From: an uncultured Chloroflexia bacterium
GTDB taxonomy: Bacteria; Chloroflexota; Limnocylindria; Limnocylindrales; CSP1-4
Length of the DNA: 64,000 nt
Assembly (NCBI GenBank): GCA_963734535.1
Contig: CAVTHS010000005.1
Location: 1 to 64,000 of the forward strand
Direction: 5' to 3'
Shown: positions 22,791 to 33,302 of the stretch, in pieces
Layout: every line of letters starts with the position of its first letter
How positions within the stretch are numbered: position 1 is the first letter of the stretch
Notes under the pieces: model-generated
Database searches by the model: none
Seen by the model: the letters and a program-made list of their open reading frames with translations, nothing else
What the model was told of the DNA's origin: nothing
Program-made: the position numbers and the translations under genes

Positions 22791-24290
22791 ATGCAGCCAC
22801 TCGAACTCGAACGGAACGTCACGGATGCGAGCGTCTACGACAACACGATCGCGCGGTTTCGCGAGGCTCGGATCGGGCTCCCAACGTTCGCGCAGCTCGC
22901 CGACCCCTCCCTGATCCCGGCGAAGATCCGTGCGTCGCTCGCCGAGGTGGGACCCGACGAGGCGCACCCCCTGAACCTGTTCCGGGTCAACTGGTTCAAC
23001 GACGACGCACGCCGCGGCCTCGCGCCGGTGCCCGGCCACGTCGTCCTCCCCAAGGCGCTCACCGGGGTGGACGCGCGCATCGTCGTCGCCTTCGGCGACC
23101 GGTTCCCGATGATCGGAGCCCACAAGGTGCTGGCCGCGTATGGGTGCCTGGTGCCGCGCGTCATCACGGGCCAGTTCGACCCGACGCGTCACCGCGCGAT
23201 CTGGCCGTCGACCGGCAACTACTGCCGCGGCGGGGTCGCGATCTCGCGGATCATGGATTGCCGGGGCGTGGCCGTGCTGCCGGAGGGCATGAGCCGGGAG
23301 CGCTTCGCCTGGCTCGAGGACTGGGTCGTCGATCCGTCCGACATCATCCGGACGCCCGGCACGGAGAGCAACGTCAAGGAGATCTACGACCGCTGCAAGG
23401 AGCTCGCCGCCGACCCGGAGAACGTGATCTTCAACCAGTTCTCGGAGTTCGGCAACTACATCGCCCACTACCTGGCCACCGGGTCTGCGCTGCTGAACGT
23501 GTTCGACGCCCTCCACGACGAGGAGCCGGAGCTTCGCCTGCGGGCCTTCGTCTCGGCGACCGGTTCGGCCGGGACCATCGCCGCGGGCGACTTCCTCAAG
23601 GAGCATGCCGGCTCGCTCACCGTGGCGGTCGAGGCGCTGGAATGCGCGACGATGCTCCGCAACGGGTTCGGCGAGCACAACATCCAGGGGATCGGCGACA
23701 AGCACATCCCGTTCATCCACAACGTCATGGCGACGGACGTGGTGGTCGCGGTCTCCGACCGGGCGACCGACCGCCTGGGCGTCCTCTTCAACACGGAGAC
23801 CGGCCGCGCGTACCTCGGCGGGCGGCGGGACGTGCCGAGCGAGGGCATGGACGCCCTTCCGTCCCTGGGCCTCTCGAGCATCGCCAACATCCTCGGCGCG
23901 ATCAAGACCGCGAAGTACTACGACATGGGCCCCGACGACGTGATCGTCACCGTGGCGACCGACGGTGCGGCCATGTACGGGAGCGAGCGGGACCTGGCCC
24001 TGGGCAAGTACTTTGCGGGTGACTTCGACGAGGTGGCCGCCGGGGAGGTCTTCGGTGAGCACCTGCTCGGCGCCACGACCGACCACCTGCTGGAGCTCTC
24101 GCGGGAGGACCGCGAGCGGATCTTCAACCTGGGCTACTTCACGTGGGTCGAGCAGCAGGGGATGTCGATCGAGGAGTTCCGGATCCGCAAGGATCCCGGC
24201 TTCTGGAAGGACCTTCCCACCATCGTGACCGACTGGGACCGGATGATCGAAGAGTTCAACGCCCGGACGGGAGCCCTGGAGGCGGGATGA
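22791..24290 (+). CDS. Fold-type II PLP enzyme (cysteine synthase/Trp synthase beta-like)
   Basis: GAHKV (PLP lysine), [19 protein letters not shown]; GGAGGAG RBS. Confidence 0.8.
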   Translation: MQPLELERNVTDASVYDNTIARFREARIGLPTFAQLADPSLIPAKIRASLAEVGPDEAHPLNLFRVNWFNDDARRGLAPVPGHVVLPKALTGVDARIVVAFGDRFPMIGAHKVLAAYGCLVPRVITGQFDPTRHRAIWPSTGNYCRGGVAISRIMDCRGVAVLPEGMSRERFAWLEDWVVDPSDIIRTPGTESNVKEIYDRCKELAADPENVIFNQFSEFGNYIAHYLATGSALLNVFDALHDEEPELRLRAFVSATGSAGTIAAGDFLKEHAGSLTVAVEALECATMLRNGFGEHNIQGIGDKHIPFIHNVMATDVVVAVSDRATDRLGVLFNTETGRAYLGGRRDVPSEGMDALPSLGLSSIANILGAIKTAKYYDMGPDDVIVTVATDGAAMYGSERDLALGKYFAGDFDEVAAGEVFGEHLLGATTDHLLELSREDRERIFNLGYFTWVEQQGMSIEEFRIRKDPGFWKDLPTIVTDWDRMIEEFNARTGALEAG

Positions 24291-25681
24291 CAATCCGACC
24301 GGGCGCCATGGCAACCAGCCCCGGGCGCGCCCTCGCCAGCGCCCTGGTCTGCGCCGGGTGCGGCGCCTCGCCGGCGCCCGCCGATCCCTATCCGTTCCGC
24401 TGCCCGAATGCCGGCACCGGCGACGACACCGATCACGTCCTGCGCCGCCTGCTGGACGTCCGCGCCGTCGAGTTCCCGGGCGCCGGCGGCGGCGATGCCA
24501 CTGCCAATCCCTATCTACGCTATCGGCACCTGTTCCATGCCTGGCACGTGGCGCGGGCGGGCGGGATGGACGACGACGTGTACTGCGCGCTGGTCGCCCG
24601 CCTGGACGGCGAGGTCGCGAAGGTCGACGGCCGGGGGTTCGTCCCCACGCCGTTCTCCCGCGCGGGCGCGCTCAGCGACCAGCTCGGGTTCGCCCCGGAC
24701 GGCGGGGTGTGGGTCAAGGACGAGACGGGCAATGTGTCCGGCTCGCACAAGGCCCGCCATCTCTTCGGACTGCTCGTCTACCTGGAAGTGTTGGAGCGAC
24801 TCGGCCGCGCCGACCCTGCCGCCCGGCCCCACCTCGCGATCGCGAGCTGCGGCAACGCCGCGATGGCCGCGGCCGTCGTCGCGGCGGCGGGCCGTCGCGT
24901 GCTGGATGTCTTCGTGCCGGTCGACGCCGATCCCCTCGTCGTGGCCCGGCTGCGGGAGCTCGACGCGCGGGTCAGCGTCTGCCCGCGCGAGCCCGGCGTC
25001 GCCGGCGACCCGACCTATCACCGGCTCCGCGCGGTGCTCGCCGAGGGCGCCCTCCCCTTCACCTGCCAGGGCAACGAGAACGGGCTCGCGGTCGAAGGCG
25101 GGTTCACGCTCGGGTACGAGATGGCAACCGCCCTCGCGAACGGCCCGGAACTGGATCGGCTCGTGGTCCAGGTGGGCGGCGGCGCGCTCGCGAGCGCCTG
25201 CATCGAATCCATCGACGACGCGGTCGCCCTGGGGGCGCTCTCGCGAGCGCCCCGCTTCAACGCGGTGCAGACGGAGGGTGCCTGGCCGCTGCGCCGGGCG
25301 TTCGACCGGCTCGCCGCGCGTCTGCCGGCCGGCGCGACGCCCGACGACCTCCGCGAGGCGCTCGCGTACGCCGCGACACACCGGTCCGCCTTCATGTGGC
25401 CGTGGGAGGAGGAGCCCCGGAGCGTCGCGCACGGGATCCTCGACGACGAGACCTACGACTGGCTCGCGGTGGTCGAGGGGATGCTGCGCACAGGGGGGAG
25501 TCCCGTCGTGGTGGGCGAGGAGGTGCTCGTGCACGCCAACGAGCTCGCCGTGAGCACCACGGGCATCGATGTCGACCCGACCGGCTCATCAGGGCTTGCC
25601 GGGCTGCTCGCCCTCCGCGACCGGGGAGACGTCGGCGACCACGAACGAGTCGGCGTCCTCTTCAGCGGCGTCCGGCGCTAG
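24287..25681 (+). CDS. Threonine synthase-like fold-type II PLP enzyme
   Basis: N-terminal CAGC...[30 protein letters not shown]; ATGA overlap with the upstream gene. Confidence 0.8.
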   Translation: MTIRPGAMATSPGRALASALVCAGCGASPAPADPYPFRCPNAGTGDDTDHVLRRLLDVRAVEFPGAGGGDATANPYLRYRHLFHAWHVARAGGMDDDVYCALVARLDGEVAKVDGRGFVPTPFSRAGALSDQLGFAPDGGVWVKDETGNVSGSHKARHLFGLLVYLEVLERLGRADPAARPHLAIASCGNAAMAAAVVAAAGRRVLDVFVPVDADPLVVARLRELDARVSVCPREPGVAGDPTYHRLRAVLAEGALPFTCQGNENGLAVEGGFTLGYEMATALANGPELDRLVVQVGGGALASACIESIDDAVALGALSRAPRFNAVQTEGAWPLRRAFDRLAARLPAGATPDDLREALAYAATHRSAFMWPWEEEPRSVAHGILDDETYDWLAVVEGMLRTGGSPVVVGEEVLVHANELAVSTTGIDVDPTGSSGLAGLLALRDRGDVGDHERVGVLFSGVRR

Positions 25682-27263
25682 CGTCCGATTCGTCGGCCGG
25701 GGCGGGGGCGTCTGGGCGCACCCCGGCCATCATCATGCCGATCTCCTCGCGAGTGGCCGTCCGCGGGTCCGCCGAGCCGATGATCGTCCCCTCGTACATC
25801 ACGAGGATGCGGTCCGAGATGGTCATGACCTCGTCGAGATCCTCGGAGATGATCACCGTCGCGGTACCACTGTCGCGTTGCGCGACGAGGCGCTGGTGGA
25901 TGTACAGCGAAGCGGACACGTCGATTCCCCGCGTCGGTTGGGCGACCAGGAGGACGTCGGGCTGGCTCGAGAGCTCCCGGGCCATGATCAGCTTCTGGAT
26001 GTTGCCGCCGGACAGGCTCCGCACCGGCGTCTCCAGGTTCGGCGTCTTCACGTTGAACGCGGCAACCAGCTCGTCGCAGTGCCGGCGGATGGCCCGGGTT
26101 CGCAGGAATCCGAAGCGGCAGAACGCGCGGCTGCCGTAGTCCACCAGCAGGAGGTTCTCGCCGACGCTGAAGTCGGCGACGACGCCGTCCCGCATGCGCT
26201 CCTCCGGCACATACCCGAGTCCCGCCGACCGGATCGCGGCAGGGCCGTGTCCCGCCAGCTCGGCCCCGTTCAGCATGATCGAGCCGCTCGTAGGGGGCCG
26301 GAGCCCGGCGATCGCCTCGGCGAGCTCCCGTTGGCCGTTGCCCGCGACCCCGGCGATCCCCACGAGCTCGCCCGAGCGGACCTCGAAGCTGACGCCGCCG
26401 ACGGCCTCGGTTCCCCGATCGGCCTCGACGCGGAGATCAGTCACGACGAGCCGGCTGGCGCCGGCGACACCCCTCGGCGGAGGCTCCTCGGCAGCCACGT
26501 GGTGCCCGACCATCATCTCCACGAGCCGCTCGCGGGTCGCCTCGGCGGCGGGCAGCGTGCCGACCACCCGGCCGTTGCGAAGCACGGTGATGCGGTCCGA
26601 CAGGTCCAGCACCTCGTGGACCTTGTGCGAGATGAAGACGAGGCCGCGCCCGCTCCTGGTCATCTGGCGCAGGACGGCAAAGAGGTCCTTCACCTCCCGC
26701 GGTGTCAGGACAGCCGTCGGCTCGTCGAGCACCAGCAGCTCCACGTCGCGATAGAGCGCCTTGATGATCTCCACGCGCTGCCGCTCGCCGACGGAAAGCT
26801 GCCAGACGAGGGCCCGCGGGTCAACCCGGAGACCGTACGTCTCCGAGAGCTCGTTGATGCGCGCGGAGACCGTCTCGAGGCCGGTCAGCGGCCCGCGCGT
26901 GGACCGGCTGCCGAGCGCGACGTTCTCGGCGACGGTGAGCGTGTCCACCAGCATGAAGTGCTGGTGGATCATCCCGATCCCATGTCGGATCGCGCTCGAG
27001 GGCGAGCCGATCGCGACCCGGTGACCGTTGATCCTGATCTCGCCCTCGTCCGGCCGGTAGAGCCCGTAGAGCACGCGCATGAGCGTGCTCTTCCCGGCGC
27101 CGTTCTCGCCAAAAAGCGTGTGGACCTCTCCGGCCCGGACGTCGAAGTCGACCGCGGCGTTGGCGACCACCCCGGGAAAGCGCTTGGTGATCCCGCGCAT
27201 CTCCAGGATCGGGACCCCGGCAACGCCGGTCGCGTCCCCCGGGGTGGTCGCCGCCACGGTCAT
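25662..27263 (-). CDS. Nucleoside/sugar (CUT2) ABC transporter ATP-binding protein
   Basis: [39 protein letters not shown]; two ATPase domains. Confidence 0.93.
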   Translation of the reverse strand: MTVAATTPGDATGVAGVPILEMRGITKRFPGVVANAAVDFDVRAGEVHTLFGENGAGKSTLMRVLYGLYRPDEGEIRINGHRVAIGSPSSAIRHGIGMIHQHFMLVDTLTVAENVALGSRSTRGPLTGLETVSARINELSETYGLRVDPRALVWQLSVGERQRVEIIKALYRDVELLVLDEPTAVLTPREVKDLFAVLRQMTRSGRGLVFISHKVHEVLDLSDRITVLRNGRVVGTLPAAEATRERLVEMMVGHHVAAEEPPPRGVAGASRLVVTDLRVEADRGTEAVGGVSFEVRSGELVGIAGVAGNGQRELAEAIAGLRPPTSGSIMLNGAELAGHGPAAIRSAGLGYVPEERMRDGVVADFSVGENLLLVDYGSRAFCRFGFLRTRAIRRHCDELVAAFNVKTPNLETPVRSLSGGNIQKLIMARELSSQPDVLLVAQPTRGIDVSASLYIHQRLVAQRDSGTATVIISEDLDEVMTISDRILVMYEGTIIGSADPRTATREEIGMMMAGVRPDAPAPADESDASAGRR

Positions 27264-27284
27264 CGTTCCTGACTTACCCGTGGA

Positions 27285-28379
27285 TCACTGCGGAACCGTG
27301 ACGGACCCGTCGGTGATCCCCTTGATCAGCGAGTCGGCCTTTGCCTTCACCTCGGCGGGCAGGTTGAACCCGGGATTGAAGTCGATCTTCGCTCCACCGT
27401 TGGCGAGGGTCGCCGTGAAGGTCGTGCCGCCGAGCTTGCCGCCCTGGATGTCGGTGAGGATCTCCCCGACGATCGGGGACCAGTCGTAGACCTGGCTGGA
27501 GACGACGTTGGACTGGGCGAGGGACACCTGCGTCCACTGCGTCCCGAACCACGGAAGATTGTTCGTCTTGGCGACGCCGATCGCCCCGACGACGGCCTGC
27601 GCCGTGCCCGTCAGCACGTCGGCCTTGTTGGCGACGAACGTCGTCGCGGCCGCGGACATCAGGCTGACGTCGCTGAAGGAACCAGTGTAGACGGGGATGC
27701 AGCTGATCGAGGACGCCACGGACTTGGCGCCCGCACAGAACCCATCGACGTAGAGCTTGGCATCACCGACGGCGATCGGGCCGATGACCCCCAGCACCTT
27801 CGACTTGCTGAGCATCGCCGCCATCGCGCCCTGGACGTAGCCGCCTTCGTTCGAGTTCACCTGGTAGGCAAACACGTTCGGGAGATCGTAGGTGGATCCC
27901 GCGGTGCCCCAGGCGAACGAGACGTTCGGGAACTTGGGCGCCAGCTGCTGGATCGTCGATCCGTACTGGGACCCGTGGGCGACGATCAGGTTGAAGCCCT
28001 GCGTGGCGTAGGTCTGGATCACGTTCGCGGCGGTTGCCACCACGAACTGGTTGTCGGAGACGGCGATCTCCAGGTTGTACTTCCCCTTGAGCGAGTTGAG
28101 CGCCTCGACCATCGACTGGGTGAAGGCAAGGTCATTGACCGCGCTCGGCGCGATCAGGGCCACCTTGAGCGTGGTAGCGGCGGCGCTCGGGCTGGGCGCG
28201 GTCGACGGGGCTGCGGCGGCGCTCGGGCTGGGCGCGGTCGACGGGGCTGCGGCGGCGCTCGGGCTGGGCGCGGTCGAGGCGGGCGCGGGGGTGCTGCTGC
28301 TGCCACAGGAGGCGGCGACCAGCGCCACCAGCACGGCGGGCAGGATGAGCGAGAGCCTGTGGTCTGGGTGTCTATGCAT
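27285..28379 (-). CDS. BMP-family ABC substrate-binding lipoprotein (purine nucleoside type)
   Basis: Lipobox VAASC; NDLAFTQS, LIVAHGSQY, EGGYVQGAMAA, YTGSFSD. Confidence 0.88.
   Translation of the reverse strand: MHRHPDHRLSLILPAVLVALVAASCGSSSTPAPASTAPSPSAAAAPSTAPSPSAAAAPSTAPSPSAAATTLKVALIAPSAVNDLAFTQSMVEALNSLKGKYNLEIAVSDNQFVVATAANVIQTYATQGFNLIVAHGSQYGSTIQQLAPKFPNVSFAWGTAGSTYDLPNVFAYQVNSNEGGYVQGAMAAMLSKSKVLGVIGPIAVGDAKLYVDGFCAGAKSVASSISCIPVYTGSFSDVSLMSAAATTFVANKADVLTGTAQAVVGAIGVAKTNNLPWFGTQWTQVSLAQSNVVSSQVYDWSPIVGEILTDIQGGKLGGTTFTATLANGGAKIDFNPGFNLPAEVKAKADSLIKGITDGSVTVPQ
28177..28277 (+). repeat. 36-bp tandem repeat (~2.8 copies) encoding the linker APSTAPSPSAAA
   Basis: GCGGCGGCGCTCGGGCTGGGCGCGGTCGACGGGGCT repeated in frame within the BMP gene. 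Confidence 0.9.
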
Positions 28380-28459
28380 CGTGATCTCCTTCGGAGGGAT
28401 CCTGGGTCGGGTTCGCGCTTCCGAGCGCTGGGGCAGTGGGGACGGGCACTCGATTCGCG

Positions 28460-29392
28460 TCAACCCTCCCTCTCGTATGGTCTGCCAAGAGCGGCCGGCT
28501 GCCGGAACCGACGGGCGAGGAAGAGCAGCGCCAGGACCGTGATGACCGCGGGCGCGGTCGCAGCGAGGTCGGATGCGTTGAGGGGAATGATCCCGAGCGA
28601 CTTCCAGGTGAGGATGACCACCCCGACGAGCCCGTACAGCAGCGCCCCGCCCATGACCCCCACCGGTCGCCACGCGCCGAAATAGACGAGCGCAACGGCA
28701 ATGAACCCCTCGGCCTGGGTCAGGTTCACCTGGAAGATTCCGCCGTACATGAGGAGGCTCGCGCCGGCGAGTCCCGAAAAGGTGGACCCGATGATCAGGG
28801 TGGACCAGCGAATCCGGGCGACGCTGACGCCAAGGCTGTCCGCAGCGGCCGGGTTCTCCCCCACCGCCCGGATCTTCAGCCCGTAGGTCGTGCGGTTGAG
28901 GACGAAGGAGACGACGGGGACCAGCAGGAAGGCCAGGTAGACGAGCAGGCTCTGCCGGAAGAACATCCCGCCGATCACAGGGACGCCCTCGAGGAGCGGG
29001 ATCCCGACCGGCGGCAGCGTGGCGATCGGCAGCGGCGTGCCGACGAGCTTCTGGAAGAGCAGCGCGCTGAAGCCGAGGCCGAAGAGGTAGACCCCGATGC
29101 CGCTGATGCCCTGTTCCGCCTTGAGCGTCACGCTCACGAGGGCCGTGACCACGCCCATCACCGTGCCCGTGGCCGCGCCCGCAAGGACGGCCAGGATGAG
29201 GTTGCCCGTCTTCAGCGCCGTGTAATACGTGGCGAAGGCGGCCAGGAGCATGATCCCGTCGACGCCGAGGTTGATGACCCCGCTTCGCTGGCCGATGGTC
29301 TCGCCGAGCGCGGCAAGCAGGAACGGCGTCGCGAGCGCGATCCCGGATGCGACGGTGACCGTGAGGACGTCGACCGTGAAGAACTGGTTCAT
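28460..29392 (-). CDS. Nucleoside ABC transporter permease
   Basis: LAALGETIGQRSGVINLGVDG, RAVGENPAAADSLG, GFIAVALVYFGAWRP. Confidence 0.9.
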   Translation of the reverse strand: MNQFFTVDVLTVTVASGIALATPFLLAALGETIGQRSGVINLGVDGIMLLAAFATYYTALKTGNLILAVLAGAATGTVMGVVTALVSVTLKAEQGISGIGVYLFGLGFSALLFQKLVGTPLPIATLPPVGIPLLEGVPVIGGMFFRQSLLVYLAFLLVPVVSFVLNRTTYGLKIRAVGENPAAADSLGVSVARIRWSTLIIGSTFSGLAGASLLMYGGIFQVNLTQAEGFIAVALVYFGAWRPVGVMGGALLYGLVGVVILTWKSLGIIPLNASDLAATAPAVITVLALLFLARRFRQPAALGRPYEREG

Positions 29393-30594
29393 TCGCCGCC
29401 TCGTCCATCGGCGATCGGAAGCGACGTGCTGTCGGGCGGGCGCGGCGGGCGGGCGGCTCGAGGGCCCGCGAGCGTGATCGTCCGGGCGCGCGCGCGCCGG
29501 CGCAGGTACTCGAGCGAGACGACAAGGACGACGACGATCCCGCTGAGGGCGGTGACGAGGTCGGAGGGCACGCCGGTGGCGACCTGGAGCGCCGAGCCAC
29601 CCACGATGAGACCACCGAAGAAGAACGCCGAGAAGATGGTCCAGAGCGGATTGAGGCCGCCGAAAAGCGCGACAACGATGCCGTTGAAGCCGGCGGACCC
29701 CGTGAACCCGGTCAGGCTCCCATCCGTCACCATCCGGTGCGAGATGCTGCCGAAGACCAGGATCGCGCCGGCGATCCCGCACATCGCCCCGCTCAGGGTC
29801 ATCGCCATCGTGATCGTCCGTTTCACGGGCATGCCGGCATACGCCGAGGCACTCCGCGAGAGGCCGACGCTCCGGATCTGGAACCCGAAGCTGGTGCGCC
29901 ATAGCAGGACGTACACGCAGACCGCCACGAGCACCGCGATCGGCACGCCCAGGTGCAGCTGCGTGCCCGGGACCAGGATGGGCAGCTGCGAATTCGGCGA
30001 CAGGATCTTCGTCTCGGGGATGAGACCGCCGACCGAATCCGGCGACTGGTCGACCATTGGCCCGGCCAGCAGGAAGTTCATGACCTGGACGGCGACGAGG
30101 TTGAGCATGATCGTGCTGAGGATCTCGTTGACGTTGTAGTTTGCCTTGAAGATGCCCGGTATGGCGCCCCAGATGGCGCCGCCCGCGGCACCGGCAAGGA
30201 GCACGAGCGGGATCAGGACGACGCTCGGCAGATCGGGGAGCGCGAGGGCGGTCGCCGCCCCAGCCAATCCGCCCATCGCGATCTGGCCCTCGCCGCCGAT
30301 GTTGAAGACGTTGGCCCGGAACGCGATGCAGATCCCGACCCCGACGAGGAGCAGGGGAACCGCCTGGATCGCGGTGCTGCTCAGCGCGTAGCTTCCGCCG
30401 AACGCCCCTTTCAGGAGCGCGACATAGCCGGTGACCGGGTTTGCGCCGAGGACCAGCATCATCACGGCGCCGAGCAGCAGGGCGACGACGAGCGCCGATG
30501 GGATCGCGAACCAACTGAGCAAGAACCGACCCAGATTCGCGCGGCGGTCGGCGACGGTCACGCCCATCAGCCGGTCGGCTTCACGTTCGCTCAT
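29389..30594 (-). CDS. Nucleoside ABC transporter permease
   Basis: FRANVFNIGGEGQ, NEILSTIMLN, GFNGIVVALFGGLNP. Confidence 0.9.
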   Translation of the reverse strand: MSEREADRLMGVTVADRRANLGRFLLSWFAIPSALVVALLLGAVMMLVLGANPVTGYVALLKGAFGGSYALSSTAIQAVPLLLVGVGICIAFRANVFNIGGEGQIAMGGLAGAATALALPDLPSVVLIPLVLLAGAAGGAIWGAIPGIFKANYNVNEILSTIMLNLVAVQVMNFLLAGPMVDQSPDSVGGLIPETKILSPNSQLPILVPGTQLHLGVPIAVLVAVCVYVLLWRTSFGFQIRSVGLSRSASAYAGMPVKRTITMAMTLSGAMCGIAGAILVFGSISHRMVTDGSLTGFTGSAGFNGIVVALFGGLNPLWTIFSAFFFGGLIVGGSALQVATGVPSDLVTALSGIVVVLVVSLEYLRRRARARTITLAGPRAARPPRPPDSTSLPIADGRGGE

Positions 30595-30808
30595 GCCCGC
30601 CCCTGGTGTGACCGGAGAGCAGCTCGCCCCCTCGTCCACAGCTTCCGCGAAGGCGCTGGAAGAACGAGTCCTCGCGGCGACCTCGCGAACAGGGCACGGC
30701 GCGGGTCGCGGATGCGGATGGGTCTCGGATGGCTCGGGCAGCCGAATCTGGGACACGAGATTGGTGCTGGCGAGAAGCGTCGCATCACCGAATTTCTCAC
30801 CCCAGGCG

Positions 30809-30894
30809 CCAGACGCTAGTCATCTGACATCCCCTCCGAGCCTGCATTGTGGCATGGGGCGGCAAGCGGCTCCCCAGTGCCATTCGGCCCGTTG
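30809..30894 (-). promoter_or_regulatory. Composite regulatory element, copy 2 (upstream of the nucleoside ABC operon)
   Basis: Minus strand CAACGGGCCGAATGGCACTGGGGA...TGCCACAATGC...GGATGTCAGATGACTAGCGTCTGG. Confidence 0.8.
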
Positions 30895-31216
30895 TCTCGG
30901 TCGTCGGCGCCGGCGGACGGTCGTCCGAACGGGCAGACCGGCACCGACGGACGCCCGGGTCGAGGCAGGTCCGTGCCCGGCTCGATCGACTGGCCGGGCA
31001 GTCTCGACTGGGGCAGACTCGCCCCGGCCAGCCCCGGCGAGGGCGCGCGCCGTCGCCCACCGGACGCGACGAGACCGTCTCAGGGTCGCGGCTCCTCCCC
31101 GGCGTCCCATTGCGCAGCCGCCGGACCTCCGCGGCGTCATCGGGCGCGAGCACGCGCCCGGCACCGGGCCGTGGTGCCATGGGGTCTCGGCGGCACGGCC
31201 TGGGCGCCATCGGGCG

Positions 31217-31300
31217 CAACGTGCCGAATGGCACTGGGGACGGCGTCGGTGGGCTGTGGCACAATGCGAACAGGGTGGATGTCAGATGACTAGCGTCTGG
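31217..31300 (+). promoter_or_regulatory. Composite regulatory element, copy 3 (upstream of gntR and the carbamoyltransferases)
   Basis: CAACGTGCCGAATGGCACTGGGGA...TGTGGCACAATGC...GGATGTCAGATGACTAGCGTCTGG. Confidence 0.8.
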
Positions 31301-31433
31301 CACCGGGAGTTGCGGATCGTGATGCGACGGCTCTCATCAAGACCAGCATCGTGCGCCGGATCCGGCCGCCCTTCGTGGCCCGCGATGCTGCCACGCGACC
31401 CTGCGGCCGACGACACGGAGACGAGGCGGGTGC

Positions 31434-32252
31434 ATGGTTCGCCGTAACCTGACCCTGGCCCGGCAGGCGGCCCAGGAGGTCATGGAAGGGATCCACTCCG
31501 GGGCACTGGCCGGCGACGACGGCCTGCTGCCGTCGGAAGCCGCGCTCAGCCAGCGGATCGGCGTGAGTCGTGCCACCCTTCGAGAGGCGCTCTCGCAGCT
31601 GGAGCAGGGCGGCTTCATCGTCCGCCGTCATGGGATCGGAACCTTCGTCAGTCCCCGCCACCCCCTCGTGGTGGCCGGGCTCGAGGAGCTCCAGAGCATC
31701 GAAACCCTCGCGCAGCGGACCGGGGTGGAGATCCACATGGGCACGTGCGAGATCCGGGAGCGAGCCGCCGACCCGGGCGAGGCCGAGGCCCTGGAGATCG
31801 CCGCGGGGACGCCGGTTCTCGCCGTCGAACGCGTGATGCTGTCGGGCGATCGTCCGATCGCCTTCCTCATCGACGTGGTCCCGACCGATATCCTGGACGC
31901 CGTGGACCTGGGGGACGCATTCGACGGGTCGGTGCTGGACCTCCTCCTGCGACGCGGCGATCCCCCGCTGAAGCACTCCCACACGGAGCTGGTCGCCGAG
32001 GCGGCGGACAGCGGCCTGGCGAAACGCCTGCGCCTGCGGGTCGGCGACCCGCTTCTCACGTTCACGGCGCGGCTCGTCGCCACGAGTGGGCGGGTCGTGG
32101 ACTACTCGGTCAGCTACTTCAGCCCAGGTCACTTCCGCTTCCATGTCATTCGTCGCGTCAACCAGCTCTCGCCGCAGGTTCCGGAGGTTCCCGGGGCGCG
32201 CGGGCAAGCGGCTGACCTTGTCGTGGCGGCGCCGCTCGAGGCACGCGTATGA
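31434..32252 (+). CDS. GntR family (HutC/UTRA) transcriptional regulator
   Basis: LPSEAALSQRIGVSRATLREAL...RRHGIGTFV winged HTH followed by a UTRA domain. Confidence 0.92.
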   Translation: MVRRNLTLARQAAQEVMEGIHSGALAGDDGLLPSEAALSQRIGVSRATLREALSQLEQGGFIVRRHGIGTFVSPRHPLVVAGLEELQSIETLAQRTGVEIHMGTCEIRERAADPGEAEALEIAAGTPVLAVERVMLSGDRPIAFLIDVVPTDILDAVDLGDAFDGSVLDLLLRRGDPPLKHSHTELVAEAADSGLAKRLRLRVGDPLLTFTARLVATSGRVVDYSVSYFSPGHFRFHVIRRVNQLSPQVPEVPGARGQAADLVVAAPLEARV

Positions 32253-32339
32253 GGCGCGCCGGCGCAGGTGTTCGAGGCCAGAGAAGGGTCGGAAGAATGG
32301 TTCTTTCGGCGATTCCGTTGAACCCATAGAAAGGGGCAC

Positions 32340-33296
32340 ATGATGCGTAGCTTTGCCGGCCGCGACATCCTCTCGCTGAAGGACTTCAGCCGGGACGAGT
32401 ACTTCCGCGTCTTCCAGGTCGCCGACGACCTGCGGCCGTTCGCGCGCGATCGCCGCAACACGGACCTGCTCAAGCACAAGACGCTCCTGACCGCGTTCTA
32501 CCAGCCGAGCACCCGGACGCGGCTCTCCCACGAAGCCGCCATGCATCGCCTCGGCGGCCACGTCCTGGGCTTCTCCGACTCGAAGATGACCCGGGCCGGC
32601 GACTTCTACCAGGAGTCGATCAAGGACACCTTCCACATGCTGGAGTACTACGCCGACGTCATCGCGATCCGGCACTTCCAGCAGGGCGCCCCGGCGGAGG
32701 CGGCGAAGTGGTCGTCCGTGCCGGTCATCAACTGCGGCGACGGCTGGGGCGAGCATCCCACCCAGGTGCTGACCGATCTCTACACGGTCCTCCGCGAGAA
32801 GGGGACGCTCGACGGGCTGACCTACCTGCTGGTCGGCGACATGCGGATGCGGACGATGCACTCGATCCTGTACGCGCTGAGCCAGTTCGACGCCAAGGCG
32901 ATCGTCGTGGGCCCGCCTGACATGAGCCTGCTGCCGGAGTTCAAGGCGGAGATCGACGAGCTCAACGTCGACTACGTCGAGGCGGGCGACGTCCGCGACG
33001 TCATCGGCGAGGCGGACGTGATCTACATGGAGCCCGTCGTCCAGGCCGACTACACGTCATCGCGCGTGGAGCGCGGCGACAAGGTTGGTCTGACCCCGCC
33101 CGAGTACTGCGTCACGCGCGAGCTGCTGCGCGACAAGGGCAAGCGCAGCTCGATCATCCTCCACTCCCTGCCGCGCATGGACGAGCTGCTGCCCGACGTC
33201 GACGCGACGCGCCACCAGCGCTACTGGGCAGAGGCCTTCAACGGCGTCGCGCTCAAGATGTCGCTCCTCAGCCTGATCCTCGGCGCGGCGGAGTAG
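32340..33296 (+). CDS. Aspartate carbamoyltransferase-like protein
   Basis: FYQPSTRTRLS, ESIKDT, IRH, NCGDGWGEHPTQVLTD, VGD, HSLPR. Confidence 0.82.
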   Translation: MMRSFAGRDILSLKDFSRDEYFRVFQVADDLRPFARDRRNTDLLKHKTLLTAFYQPSTRTRLSHEAAMHRLGGHVLGFSDSKMTRAGDFYQESIKDTFHMLEYYADVIAIRHFQQGAPAEAAKWSSVPVINCGDGWGEHPTQVLTDLYTVLREKGTLDGLTYLLVGDMRMRTMHSILYALSQFDAKAIVVGPPDMSLLPEFKAEIDELNVDYVEAGDVRDVIGEADVIYMEPVVQADYTSSRVERGDKVGLTPPEYCVTRELLRDKGKRSSIILHSLPRMDELLPDVDATRHQRYWAEAFNGVALKMSLLSLILGAAE

Positions 33297-33302
33297 GCGG
33301 CC

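Noticed and set aside
18996-31265. TGGCAC hexamers in the repeated element as sigma54 -24 boxes
   Set aside because: No TTGC at the required -12 spacing in any copy
30809-31300. Inverted copies 2 and 3 as terminal repeats of a MITE or an invertible switch
   Set aside because: The spacers have diverged, there is no target duplication or recombinase, and a third copy stands alone at 18984; divergent promoters explain the arrangement better
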